DNA of 64,000 nt from an uncultured archaeon (GTDB taxonomy: Archaea > Iainarchaeota > Iainarchaeia > Iainarchaeales > CSSED10-239), in assembly GCA_964586355.1 (NCBI GenBank), contig CAZPGO010000030.1:20421-84420 (forward strand), written 5' to 3'. The notes beneath the pieces are model-generated. The model did not search any database. It was not told the origin of the DNA and worked only from the letters and a program-made list of their open reading frames with translations. Of the stretch, positions 1-9,174 are shown in pieces; position 1 is the stretch's first letter; the number at the start of each line of letters is the position of its first letter. A program made the translations under genes and the position numbers.

Positions 1-636
1 GAAATATATAATGCCACAGAAAAATATCTTGAAAACTCATTATTAGAAACAGTTTCAGGACATGCCAATTATTCTGGACCAATAGGCCCTGGAGAAGAAA
101 AAATAATTAAATACTATATAAAAACTTTAGAAAACACAGACTATATGACGCCTAGAGCGATACTAAAATACACAGATGAATTTGGAATAGATAGAGAGAT
201 ATACACAGAAACAAAAATAATAACTGTTCTTAAAAATGATCAAAAATTAGATGCATTAATAGATATTGAAAACACAGTTTCATTAAATGAAAAAACTTAT
301 GGGAAAATAGTAATAAGAAACATCTCAGAAACAGATTTAAAAAACATAATAATAGAGCCAGAATTTACTGAAAACATTACAATAAGTAAAAAAAAAATAT
401 CCCTGTTAAATAAATTTGATGTAATAGAAGTACCTTTTATCATAAGCAAAGAAGATCAAACAAAAACAAACTTAAGTTTTTCAATAAAATATACTACTTT
501 AGATAATAGCAAACTAGAATTCAAAACAAAAGCAATAACACTATTTCCAGTAGAAAAAACAAACTACACCAATGAAATTATTGGTATCTTATTACTTTTT
601 TGTGTTTTAATATATATTTGGATAGTTAAACTTTAA
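1..636 (+). CDS. Hypothetical protein, 5'-truncated by the window edge. The frame is open from nt 1; the ORF-track Met at 145 is internal. A C-terminal hydrophobic segment (IIGILLLFCVLIYIWIV) suggests a C-terminal membrane anchor.
   Basis: Frame-1 translation from nt 1 has no stop before 636. There is a single C-terminal TM-like stretch. No recognisable catalytic motif. Confidence 0.4.
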   Translation, partial: EIYNATEKYLENSLLETVSGHANYSGPIGPGEEKIIKYYIKTLENTDYMTPRAILKYTDEFGIDREIYTETKIITVLKNDQKLDALIDIENTVSLNEKTYGKIVIRNISETDLKNIIIEPEFTENITISKKKISLLNKFDVIEVPFIISKEDQTKTNLSFSIKYTTLDNSKLEFKTKAITLFPVEKTNYTNEIIGILLLFCVLIYIWIVKL

Positions 637-2348
637 ACAATCCTTTTAAACAATTTTTCTAAATCCTTTACACTATAAAAAATATTTGTTGGTCTGCCAT
701 GAGCACAAATGTTTTTATCAACACAAGAATCTAATTTTTTTATAAGATCTTGAATCTCAAATACTGAAAGCTCGGTGTTTGATTTTAAAGATTCTTTACA
801 AGATTTTAATTTTATTATTTTATCCTCTAATTTAGTTATAACCTCTTTAGGGTTTTTTTCAAATTCATAAAGAAATTCCAAAAACAAATCAAAATCAAAA
901 AAATTATCTAAAAAAGCAGGAATTGATTTTAAATACAAACCATCTTTTTTTTGCTCAAAAGAAAAACCAACTTCAGAAAAATTGTCTTTGTGCTCTATAA
1001 GTAAAGAGGATTGCTCAGAAGTGATGTTTTTTATCTGCTTAGGCACCAATAACTCTTGCTTATCTAAATTAATATTAAGCTTTCTGTTTTTTTCTAAGTT
1101 TATTCTCTCTGCAGCTGCATGCTGATCTATTAATAAAAAGCCGTCTTTGGTTTCACAGACTATATAGGTTTTATGTAATTGTCCAAGAATTAGTGTGATT
1201 TCTTTATCATTTAATTTTAAGGTTGGATCTGTTGTAAATTCATTAAAATAACTATTTGTTTTTGTAAAAGTTGAATGATAATTTGGTAAAGAAGAAGAGG
1301 ATTTTATAAAGTTTTGCGAACTTACTGGTGTTGAGGAAAATAACCTATTTTGATTTGCAACTTCAAAACTTGCTTTTGGAGCAAACTTATTTGTACTTTC
1401 TAAAATTTTAGAAACCTCTAACTTTAACTCATTAATAAAAAGTGATTCATTCTGTATTTTTATGAATCTTTTTTTAGGATGAACATTAATATCCACTAAC
1501 CCTTTATTAATTTCAAAAAACAAAACAAAGAAGGGTTTTTGCTGAATCATTAAATAGTCTTTATAAGATTCTAGTATAGCTCTATTAATCTGTGAAGAAT
1601 AAATAGCTCTGTTATTTATATAAACAAAAGATTTTGGATAATAAAATCCATTGATAGGACTCATTAATATTCCTTTAATATTAAATAAATCATTTTTAAT
1701 ATCAACAGAAATTATATTGTTCTTAAAATCCTTACCAAAAACCTGCAAATATCTATTATTTGAATCTGTTTGAAAAAAAACTTCTCTTTTCTTAGAGGAA
1801 ATAAAACTAAATTTAATGCTAGGATATAATAAAACAAATTCTAAAAAAACATCATAAATTCTAGAAAACTCCACATATTTAGATTTTAAAAATTTCTTTC
1901 TTACTGGCACATTATAAAACAGATCTTTTATTTTTATGGTTGTGCCTTTTCTACACTCTATTTCTTTAATCACTTCTTTTTCTAGAAGATATCCTCTACC
2001 TGAGTTGTCAACAGACGAAACTATATTTAAATTAGAGATTACATTAATACTAGACAAAGCCTCGCCTCTAAAACCAAAAGAATCTAAAGAATAGAGATCA
2101 TCTATTTTTTTTAATTTACTTGTGGTGTGTTTTTCTAAACAAAGAGAAAGATCTTCTCTAGTAATACCACACCCGTTATCAATAATCTCAATTGAATCTA
2201 GCCCAGTATTCTCTATTTTCAGGGTTATTGAATCAGCACCAGAATCTATGGAATTTTCAATTAATTCTTTTACAACATCACTAGGTGCTTCAATAACTTC
2301 TCCAGCACTTATTAGATTAATAGTTTCTTTATCCAATCTTTCAATCAT
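633..2348 (-). CDS. mutL: DNA mismatch repair protein MutL (GHKL ATPase N-domain, C-terminal dimerisation domain).
   Basis: The N-terminus MIERLDKETINLISAGEVIEAPSDVVKELIENSIDSGA has the ELIENS/GHKL Bergerat fold motifs. It sits immediately downstream of mutS and overlaps its neighbours by 4 nt. Confidence 0.9.
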   Translation of the reverse strand: MIERLDKETINLISAGEVIEAPSDVVKELIENSIDSGADSITLKIENTGLDSIEIIDNGCGITREDLSLCLEKHTTSKLKKIDDLYSLDSFGFRGEALSSINVISNLNIVSSVDNSGRGYLLEKEVIKEIECRKGTTIKIKDLFYNVPVRKKFLKSKYVEFSRIYDVFLEFVLLYPSIKFSFISSKKREVFFQTDSNNRYLQVFGKDFKNNIISVDIKNDLFNIKGILMSPINGFYYPKSFVYINNRAIYSSQINRAILESYKDYLMIQQKPFFVLFFEINKGLVDINVHPKKRFIKIQNESLFINELKLEVSKILESTNKFAPKASFEVANQNRLFSSTPVSSQNFIKSSSSLPNYHSTFTKTNSYFNEFTTDPTLKLNDKEITLILGQLHKTYIVCETKDGFLLIDQHAAAERINLEKNRKLNINLDKQELLVPKQIKNITSEQSSLLIEHKDNFSEVGFSFEQKKDGLYLKSIPAFLDNFFDFDLFLEFLYEFEKNPKEVITKLEDKIIKLKSCKESLKSNTELSVFEIQDLIKKLDSCVDKNICAHGRPTNIFYSVKDLEKLFKRIV

Positions 2349-2351
2349 TTT

Positions 2352-4856
2352 TTATTCACCATTAAATTCACTTAGGGATTTTTGTTCTGAGTCGTAAATT
2401 ACTGGTTTTTCTGTTTCTTGAGAATCTATAGTATTATTATCATTATTTTTTAATTTTAAGAAAGAATCATTTTCTAGATCTCTTTGAATAATTAAAGCTC
2501 TATTTATTACTGAGTTTTTAATACCAGCTAGTTTTGCAACCTGTATACCATAACTTTTGTTAATTCCACCTTTTTGAAGTTTGTGAAAGAAGTGAAGAGA
2601 GTCTCCTTCTTCTTTTGCAGTTACGTGAAAATTATTAATACCAGTATAAAGCTCTTGCAATTTATTTAAGATATGATAATGAGTAGCAACAAGAGTTTTT
2701 GAACAAACACTATTATTTAGCTCTTCAACAATAGCCCAAGCAAGACTAAGTCCATCATATGTGCTTGTACCTCTTCCTATTTCGTCCAAAATAACTAAAC
2801 TATTGTTTGTGGAATTATTTAAAATATAAGCAACTTCTGACATTTCAACTAAAAAAGTGCTTTGCCCATGTATAATATCATCAGAAGCACCTACTCTAGT
2901 AAAAACAGCATCAATCTCGCCTATTTTTGCATAACTTGCAGGAACAAAGCATCCACTAAGCCCTAAAATAACTCCGACACAAACACTTCTCATATAACTG
3001 CTTTTACCTGCCATATTTGGACCTGTTATTATCATCGTTTTATTTGTTTTGGATAAATCACAATCATTTGGAATAAAATGTGTTAATTTTTCTATTATCG
3101 GGTGTCTTAGATCTTTAAAGATTAATTGATCTGAATCATCAATAATAGGTCTTACATAATCAAAATTATTACTTACAAAAGAATGTGAAAAATAAACATC
3201 TAATTTTGCAATCAAAGAAGAAAGCACTTTAATTTCTTCTTGATATTCTAAAGTTTCTTTACAAAGATTAGTAAATATTTCAAACTCTAATTCATTTCTT
3301 TTATCTTTTGCAGATAATATTTGTTGTTCTTTAAAAGAAAGTTCTTCAGTTGTATATCTTTCAGAATTTACTAAAGTTTGTTTTCTTATAAAATATTTTG
3401 GAACTTGATTTGCTTGGGATTTTGGAATTTCTATATAATATCCAAATATTTTATTAAATTTTAATTTTAAAGATTTAATATTTGTTTCAGATTTTAGTTT
3501 TGCTTCAAATTCTGATAACCAAGAACTTGAGTTTTTTGTTATATTTATTAGATCATATAGTTCTTTAGAAAAACTTGGTTTTATGAAATTACCTTCTCTT
3601 AAACTAAAAGGAGGATCTTTTACAATTGTTTGTGATATTTTTTCTGTTAAGGTATCTAAACTTGGCATTTCTAATAATTTTCTTAAATTTTCTGATTTTG
3701 TTTCTAATAGGGTTTTTTTAATTAGAGGGATTATTTCTAGACTTTGTTTTAAAGATATAAGATCTCTTGCATTTGCATTTCCAAAACCAATTTTACAGAT
3801 TATTTTATCAAGATCTCCAATATAAGAAAGATTATTTTTTAATTCCTCTTGTAGAAATAGATCTGCTCTTATCTCATCAACAGAATCATGAATTTGTTTT
3901 AGTTTTTGTTTATCTGTTAATGGATGAAGTAGATCAAAATATAGTTTTCTATAACCCATTGCTGTTTTTGTATGGTTTATTAAACTAAATAAACTATTTT
4001 TTATAGAATCATCTTTTAGATTTGAGACTAGTTCTAGATTTTTAATTGTTTTTCTATCTAGTTTTAAAAATTTAGATTTATTGAATTTTTTAATAGTTTT
4101 AATATAATTAAGATCACAAAATTGTGTTTCTTTTAAATAATTTAGAGCATTATATGCAGAAATTATTGAAGCATCTTCTTCAAAACCAAAACTCTCTAAT
4201 GATTTTAAATTAAAATGTGTTAGTAATTTTTCTGTTGATGTTTGTAGATCTGTGTTTATGGTATAATTAATTATTATATTGTTAATGTGTTTTTTTATTT
4301 TTTCAATATTTTTATAATCATCTAAAAGATTTTTAGTAACTATTAGTTCTTTTGGTTTTATAATTATTAATTGATCTAATAAATTATCAAAGGAATCAAT
4401 AACGCCTGATTTAAAATCTCCTGTAGTAATATCTACTATAGAAAAACCATAATTCTTTTTTGCTTTTACTATTGAACATAAAAAATTATTTTCATAATCA
4501 TTATTAAAAATAGTGCTTGGAGTTATTATTCTTGTTACTGCTCTTTTAACTAATCCTTTTGCTAACTTAGGATCTTCTATTTGCTCACAAATAACAACTT
4601 TTTTTCCTGCTTTTATTAATTTAGTAATATATGGATCTATTGAGTGATAAGGAATTCCTGCAAGTGGTGCTTCTCCAGTACCTTTTCCTCTTTTTGTTAG
4701 AGTTATGTTTAATATCTGTGCAGCTATTTTTGCATCATCATAAAACATTTCATAAAAATCTCCTGCTCTAAAAAGCAATACACCATCAGGATATTCTTTC
4801 TTGGTTTGAATATATTGCCTCATCATCGGAGTTAAGTTAGAATTTAGATCTTGCAT
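2352..4856 (-). CDS. mutS: DNA mismatch repair protein MutS (bacterial MutS1 type).
   Basis: The MutS N-terminal mismatch-binding motif is present (MMRQYIQTKKEYPDGVLLFRAGDFYEMFYDDA). Walker A GPNMAGKSSYMR and the ST-rich DEIGRGTSTYDG motif are present. It is 834 aa. Confidence 0.9.
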   Translation of the reverse strand: MQDLNSNLTPMMRQYIQTKKEYPDGVLLFRAGDFYEMFYDDAKIAAQILNITLTKRGKGTGEAPLAGIPYHSIDPYITKLIKAGKKVVICEQIEDPKLAKGLVKRAVTRIITPSTIFNNDYENNFLCSIVKAKKNYGFSIVDITTGDFKSGVIDSFDNLLDQLIIIKPKELIVTKNLLDDYKNIEKIKKHINNIIINYTINTDLQTSTEKLLTHFNLKSLESFGFEEDASIISAYNALNYLKETQFCDLNYIKTIKKFNKSKFLKLDRKTIKNLELVSNLKDDSIKNSLFSLINHTKTAMGYRKLYFDLLHPLTDKQKLKQIHDSVDEIRADLFLQEELKNNLSYIGDLDKIICKIGFGNANARDLISLKQSLEIIPLIKKTLLETKSENLRKLLEMPSLDTLTEKISQTIVKDPPFSLREGNFIKPSFSKELYDLINITKNSSSWLSEFEAKLKSETNIKSLKLKFNKIFGYYIEIPKSQANQVPKYFIRKQTLVNSERYTTEELSFKEQQILSAKDKRNELEFEIFTNLCKETLEYQEEIKVLSSLIAKLDVYFSHSFVSNNFDYVRPIIDDSDQLIFKDLRHPIIEKLTHFIPNDCDLSKTNKTMIITGPNMAGKSSYMRSVCVGVILGLSGCFVPASYAKIGEIDAVFTRVGASDDIIHGQSTFLVEMSEVAYILNNSTNNSLVILDEIGRGTSTYDGLSLAWAIVEELNNSVCSKTLVATHYHILNKLQELYTGINNFHVTAKEEGDSLHFFHKLQKGGINKSYGIQVAKLAGIKNSVINRALIIQRDLENDSFLKLKNNDNNTIDSQETEKPVIYDSEQKSLSEFNGE

Positions 4857-4882
4857 ATTTTACTCAAAGATTAATTATAATA

Positions 4883-4956
4883 TGGGATCGGTGGGATTTG
4901 AACCCACGACACATAGGTCTTCAGCCTATTGCTCTCCCAGGCTGAGCTACGACCCC
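4883..4956 (-). tRNA. tRNA-Phe (anticodon GAA).
   Basis: The reverse complement folds as a cloverleaf: acceptor GGGGTCG/CGATCCC, anticodon stem AATAGG/CCTAT with loop CTGAAGA, and T-arm GTGGGTTCAAATCCCAC. No CCA is encoded. Confidence 0.85.
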
Positions 4957-4970
4957 ATAACATTTTAGAA

Positions 4971-5047
4971 TGGTGAGCCCGAGGGGATTTGAACCCCCGA
5001 CACCAAGATTAAGAGTCTTGTGCTCTACCAAGCTGAGCTACGAGCCC
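4971..5047 (-). tRNA. tRNA-Lys (anticodon CUU), with the 3' CCA encoded in the genome.
   Basis: The reverse complement is GGGCTCGTAGCTCAGCTTGGTAGAGCACAAGACTCTTAATCTTGGTGTCGGGGGTTCAAATCCCCTCGGGCTCACCA. The anticodon loop is CTCTTAA and the terminal CCA is present. Confidence 0.85.
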
Positions 5048-5066
5048 ATACTATTTTAATATAATT

Positions 5067-5141
5067 TGAATCTGAGGGGATTCGAACCCCCGACACCGGG
5101 ATTAAAAGTCCCGTGCTCTAACCAGGCTGAGCTACAGATCC
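5067..5141 (-). tRNA. tRNA-Lys (anticodon UUU).
   Basis: The reverse complement is GGATCTGTAGCTCAGCCTGGTTAGAGCACGGGACTTTTAATCCCGGTGTCGGGGGTTCGAATCCCCTCAGATTCA. The anticodon loop is CTTTTAA. Confidence 0.85.
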
Positions 5142-5183
5142 AAAAGGTATATATTATATAATAAAATAGTATATACAATATAT

Positions 5184-5729
5184 ATGACTCAAAATATTTA
5201 TAAACTTAATATATTGAAATTAGATCATAGACCAGAAAGAGATAAAAGAATTACAACACATTGTGCACTTGTTTCTAGAGCTTTTGGGGCAGATTCTTTC
5301 TTTTTTTCTGGTATTGAGGATAAAAAGATCATAGAAAATATAAAAAATATTAATAAAACATGGGGCGGGGATTTTGGTGTTGAATATTGTAAAGGCCCTT
5401 TAAAATTTATTAAAGAATTGAAGTTAAAGAATTGGTATGTTATTCATTTGACTATGTATGGTTTAAACATAAATACTGAAATAGAAAATATTTTAGAAAT
5501 TAAAAAAAATAAAAATATATTAATAATAATTGGAGGACCTAAGGTTCCAAGAGAGTATTATGATATTTCAGATCTTAATTTAGCGGTGGGTAATCAGCCT
5601 CATAGTGAGGTTGCTGCTATTGCACTATTATTATATTTATTAAATCCTAAATATCTTACTAAAGAATTTAGTGATTCTAAAATAAAAATAGATCCAAATC
5701 AAAAATATAAAAAGGTTATTAATTTATAA
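5184..5729 (+). CDS. tRNA (cytidine56-2'-O)-methyltransferase aTrm56 (SPOUT family).
   Basis: The N-terminal LKLDHRPERDKRITTHCALVSRAFGAD matches the conserved aTrm56 signature (LGHRPERDKR-TTHVAL-ARAFGA). The size of about 180 aa is typical. Confidence 0.7.
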   Translation: MTQNIYKLNILKLDHRPERDKRITTHCALVSRAFGADSFFFSGIEDKKIIENIKNINKTWGGDFGVEYCKGPLKFIKELKLKNWYVIHLTMYGLNINTEIENILEIKKNKNILIIIGGPKVPREYYDISDLNLAVGNQPHSEVAAIALLLYLLNPKYLTKEFSDSKIKIDPNQKYKKVINL

Positions 5730-5776
5730 TTTGTTAGTTACATAAATATTATTGTAAATTAAAAAAAGGATCAATA

Positions 5777-6367
5777 ATGAGTAAAACTGCAACCTTAAAT
5801 AAATTAAAAAAAGATATCTTGAATGATAAAATAACAACACAATTTCTTGAACAAATTGCAGGACCTGTTGCACCAGATATTATAAAAATTTATGGAAAAG
5901 ATTCTGCTTTGTCTCCAGAAGATATATCTACTAAACTTAAGACTAAAATAACTTCTGTTAGATCTACATTAAATAGTTTACATTACAGAGGAATTGCTTG
6001 TTATAAAAAAGTTAAAAATAATCAAAATTTGTTTGAATTTTTTTGGGAAATTAAGTTTAAAAAAATTATTGAACTTGTTTTAGAAACAGAAATAGAAAAT
6101 ATTAAAAAATTAGAAGAATTAATATATCTACAACAAGATAGAGATTATTTCTTTTGTCCTAAAAAATGTATTGAAGCACCTTTTGAAGTTGCTGCTGCTT
6201 ATAATTTTAAATGCCCTAATTGTGGCAGAAATTTAGAAATGGCAGATACTAAAACTTATGTAGCATCTCTTAAAAGAAAAAAAACTATTGCCAAAAAAAA
6301 CATAGAAAAATTACATAAAATTTTAGAGAATATAGAGGATAAAACAACTGGATATATTTGTGAATAG
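5777..6367 (+). CDS. tfe: Transcription factor E (TFE, TFIIE-alpha homologue): winged helix plus a C-terminal zinc ribbon.
   Basis: There is an N-terminal winged-helix-like region. A Cys4 ribbon reads CPKKC...(17 aa)...CPNCG. The size and archaeal context fit TFE. Confidence 0.6.
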   Translation: MSKTATLNKLKKDILNDKITTQFLEQIAGPVAPDIIKIYGKDSALSPEDISTKLKTKITSVRSTLNSLHYRGIACYKKVKNNQNLFEFFWEIKFKKIIELVLETEIENIKKLEELIYLQQDRDYFFCPKKCIEAPFEVAAAYNFKCPNCGRNLEMADTKTYVASLKRKKTIAKKNIEKLHKILENIEDKTTGYICE

Positions 6368-6471
6368 ATAATATAAAAAAAATCTATTTAAATATCTTTT
6401 TATTTATTATATACTTAGAATGTCTTATAGTTATTAAATAAAAAATACTCTTTTTATTTAAAATCTACTTT

Positions 6472-6546
6472 AGCGGGGTGGGGCAGCCTGGAGTGCCCGT
6501 CGGGCTCATAACCCGAAGGTCGATGGTTCAAATCCATCCCCCGCTA
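6472..6546 (+). tRNA. Initiator tRNA-Met (anticodon CAU), archaeal type.
   Basis: It has the A1:U72 acceptor pair (AGCGGGG...CCCCGCT) and three G:C pairs in the anticodon stem (CGGGCTCATAACCCG). The T-arm is GGTTCAAATCC. These are hallmarks of archaeal tRNAi. Confidence 0.85.
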
Positions 6547-6781
6547 TTTTTTTTACTATTTTTAATTATTAAATTTTGTTAAAATACATTATTAATACTG
6601 GTTATTTCACACCAAATCTTGGACATAAAGCACTTATATTAAAAAGATAAAAACAAGAGCAAAAAAAAACAAAATAATATGATTAATCTATTTTTAACAG
6701 TTATTTTTCTTTTATTTTATTAAAAAACACTTTTTTTAACTTTTTTTAAGAAATAAAGCACAACAAGATCTTTTACATTTA

Positions 6782-6996
6782 GTAATTACCATAGAAATAA
6801 CCGTAATTACTAACATATTTTCTTAAAAATTTATTTAATTATCATAGTTATACATAATAAAAAAATGTTATTTTTACTGCAAAACAAATATTTAGTAATT
6901 ACTTTTGTCTTTTCTTAATAATTACCGTAATTACGAAAATAGCTCTAATATAATTACAGTAATTACAGAAGCATTTATAATAATTACGGTAATTAC
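6782..6996. repeat. Array of the perfect palindrome GTAATTAC. Single copies lie at 6782-6789, 6803-6810 and 6895-6902. Three copies of the 16-mer TAATTACNGTAATTAC lie at 6919-6934, 6951-6966 and 6981-6996, spaced about 31 bp apart.
   Basis: Counted directly in the sequence. The array lies between tRNAi-Met and the ATG at 7007. Confidence 0.7.
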
Positions 6997-7006
6997 TATA
7001 TATAAT
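6997..7006 (+). promoter_or_regulatory. TATA-like element (TATATATAAT) immediately upstream of the ATG at 7007. It is either a leaderless promoter or part of the A/T-rich spacer.
   Basis: The sequence is tatatataat directly 5' of the ATG. The archaeal TATA consensus is A/T-rich. Confidence 0.3.
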
Positions 7007-7753
7007 ATGAACATAATAAAAAAAAGCATTGGTTTTATTCTAAAAAAAGTACATAAACTTGATAGATATTTTATAGATAATAAAAAGATTCAAGAAATAG
7101 ATAATAAAAATATAGATCATCTAAAAAATGAAAAATTAAAAAAAGAATATAACGAATTAATTAAAAAAGAAGAAAATAATAAAATTAATCAAAATAAAGA
7201 TTCTATAAATTACCAAAATACTGTAGATAATTTTACTAATAATTACACTAAAACACAATCAAGTAATTTTCAAAATACTAATACATATTCTAATAATCAA
7301 AATTTTAGTTTAGAAAATTCTTCAAATAAAGAAATAGATGATTACTCTAATAAAGAAAGAAATAATTATTCTAATAATCAAAATAATTTAATAAATGAAA
7401 AACCCTTAAAAAATACTTATACAAAAACTGAATTAAATAAACTTGAAAATACTAAAATATATGATGTTAATAAAATAGATTTTAATAAAATAAATACTAT
7501 TTGGGATGTTATAAAAATAAAAGAAAACACACAAGCAGAACATATTATTAAATCATTGTCTGCAGATCAATGGATGGATATTGAAGATATTAAAAGAAGA
7601 ATAAAACTTGAATTTAATATAGAATATCAAAACGAAAAGAGTCTTTACCCTTACATAAAAACATTAACAGATATTAATTTAATTAAAGTAAATAATACTG
7701 GAAAAAAAAGAACTTGGAAAAAAAACATAATTTTAATTGAAAATAATAAGTAA
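7007..7753 (+). CDS. Hypothetical N/K-rich low-complexity protein with a more ordered C-terminal about 80 aa, possibly a winged-helix-like DNA-binding domain. The likely true start is the ATG at 7007; the ORF-track start at 6905 runs through the repeat array.
   Basis: The in-frame ATG at 7007 is preceded by the TATA-like run. The N-terminal 34 codons of the track ORF are encoded by the GTAATTAC repeats. Confidence 0.4.
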   Translation: MNIIKKSIGFILKKVHKLDRYFIDNKKIQEIDNKNIDHLKNEKLKKEYNELIKKEENNKINQNKDSINYQNTVDNFTNNYTKTQSSNFQNTNTYSNNQNFSLENSSNKEIDDYSNKERNNYSNNQNNLINEKPLKNTYTKTELNKLENTKIYDVNKIDFNKINTIWDVIKIKENTQAEHIIKSLSADQWMDIEDIKRRIKLEFNIEYQNEKSLYPYIKTLTDINLIKVNNTGKKRTWKKNIILIENNK

Positions 7754-7814
7754 TTTTATTAGAAATTATTCTTCCTTTTAATGCTAGTAGTTGCTTTTTA
7801 TTTTATAATAATTA

Positions 7815-8396
7815 TTACTCTTTATTTTTTAGTAATAAAATATTATTATAAAAAGAAGATAAGATTTCTGAGTGTTCTTTTGATTTATTAAACCAATCTA
7901 TATCTAAAACATAATTTATATCATTATCTAAATAATTAATATTAGATAAATTATTTAAAACAGCATAATTAACTTCATCAATTATTTTTTTTAAAGAACC
8001 ATCATGTGATATTATTAAATATTCTTTTAAAAAATCTTCTGTTGCTTTTATTATATTATTAATATCAATATCTATAACCTCTATTTTATAATCAACAGAC
8101 CAAGAACCTTTTTCTTTCCAATTATGAGTTGGGTTAACTCCTGTATTAAAAAAATCTATTAATTTATGTTCTAATTTTAATGGAATTACTACAGCATTTT
8201 TACCTGGTCTAATTAATGGCATATTACTTAAAACACCTTTTCTAAAATAAACATATTTTTTATTATTATTTTTAGAAACATTTTGTTTATAACCATAAAT
8301 AGATCTAAATATTCTTTGGTATGTATAACTTGAATGTTTAATATTATTTTCAAAAACAAACTTATATTTTATGTAGTTAGATTTTATAGTTTCCAT
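7815..8396 (-). CDS. Hypothetical protein (193 aa), no recognisable family.
   Basis: It is an intact ORF in the accessory-looking block between tRNAi-Met and the integrase. Confidence 0.35.
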   Translation of the reverse strand: METIKSNYIKYKFVFENNIKHSSYTYQRIFRSIYGYKQNVSKNNNKKYVYFRKGVLSNMPLIRPGKNAVVIPLKLEHKLIDFFNTGVNPTHNWKEKGSWSVDYKIEVIDIDINNIIKATEDFLKEYLIISHDGSLKKIIDEVNYAVLNNLSNINYLDNDINYVLDIDWFNKSKEHSEILSSFYNNILLLKNKE

Positions 8397-8456
8397 ATTA
8401 CTGACACCCCATAGTTCCTGTATTATTTATTTATTATATATAAACATAGTTATGTA

Positions 8457-8505
8457 TAATAATAATAATAATAATATATATATATATATATATATAAATA
8501 AAATA
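8457..8505. repeat. Simple-sequence repeat: (TAA)6 followed by (TA)12.
   Basis: The sequence reads aataataataataataatatatatatatatatatatataaat. Confidence 0.8.
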
Positions 8506-8548
8506 TAATTTAAAATTAAAAAAATAGAAATATTAAAAGAAGATTAAT

Positions 8549-8911
8549 TTATCTTCTTCCAGCTGTAGAATATTTACTTTTGTAACCAATATACTTTTTT
8601 CTTATTTTAGCATCATAAGTATTTTCAGGTTCTTCAGGTTTTTCTCTTATTACTTCTTTTTCTTGTATTGGTACATTACCTGAATTAATTAGTATAATAT
8701 CATCAACAGATATTACTTTTTTATATGGTATACTATGCTCAGTCATAATCTTTTTAGCTTCTTTTTTAGAGTTAACCTTTAATGGTTGTGTTGTTATTGT
8801 CTCTATTATTCCTTGTTCTAAGTTTACAACTAAATCATATACTTTTCCTCTATATAAGGCATTAGTCTCATATAGATCCATTCCAAATAATTTTGAGATT
8901 CTCATTGTCAT
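8549..8911 (-). CDS. PRC-barrel domain protein (120 aa).
   Basis: The N-terminal ISKLFGMDLYETNALYRGKVYDLVVNLEQGIIETI fits the PRC-barrel pattern (G-x-V-Y-D/N-[LV]-xxD-xxxG-x-I). Confidence 0.45.
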   Translation of the reverse strand: MTMRISKLFGMDLYETNALYRGKVYDLVVNLEQGIIETITTQPLKVNSKKEAKKIMTEHSIPYKKVISVDDIILINSGNVPIQEKEVIREKPEEPENTYDAKIRKKYIGYKSKYSTAGRR

Positions 8912-9174
8912 TTTAATTCCTCCAAATAAATTAAATATTATTTATTAAAAACTATATCTAAAAGGTTATACAAAGCATTTATATATATTACTTTTTTATT
9001 TTATATATAATTTAAATAGATAAGTTTGTTTTTAAAACCAATAATTAATAAATACTTACAAACAATATATAAATGTTATAGTTTTTTAGTTAATTTTATT
9101 AAGATTTTAATAAATTTAGAACTTTCTAAGCAATTTGTAAAATATTTTTAGTAATACAAGAAGTATGGGGTCTA

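Noticed and set aside
2122-2397. Short ORFs on the opposite strand inside long genes. Examples are 2122-2397, 3583-3825, 3767-3988, 13506-13721, 16313-16507, 16607-16864, 17207-17488, 18049-18357, 20037-20333, 20997-21287, 22335-22742, 23241-23591, 24825-25022, 26157-26510, 28639-28833, 29469-29687, 35342-35545, 39201-39546, 42629-42916, 43426-43608, 44245-44484, 44752-44934, 45243-45548, 45627-46288, 52984-53232, 55491-56062, 57484-57696, 58968-59171, 60240-60461 and 63085-63270.
   Set aside because: Each is fully embedded in, and antisense or out of frame to, a well-supported conserved gene. They are low-complexity translations of AT-rich DNA with no motifs. They are treated as spurious.
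6905-7006. ORF-track start at 6905 for the N/K-rich protein.
   Set aside because: The first 34 codons are encoded by the GTAATTAC repeat array, giving ITVITEAFIIITVITIY. An in-frame ATG at 7007 with an upstream TATA-like run is the more plausible start.
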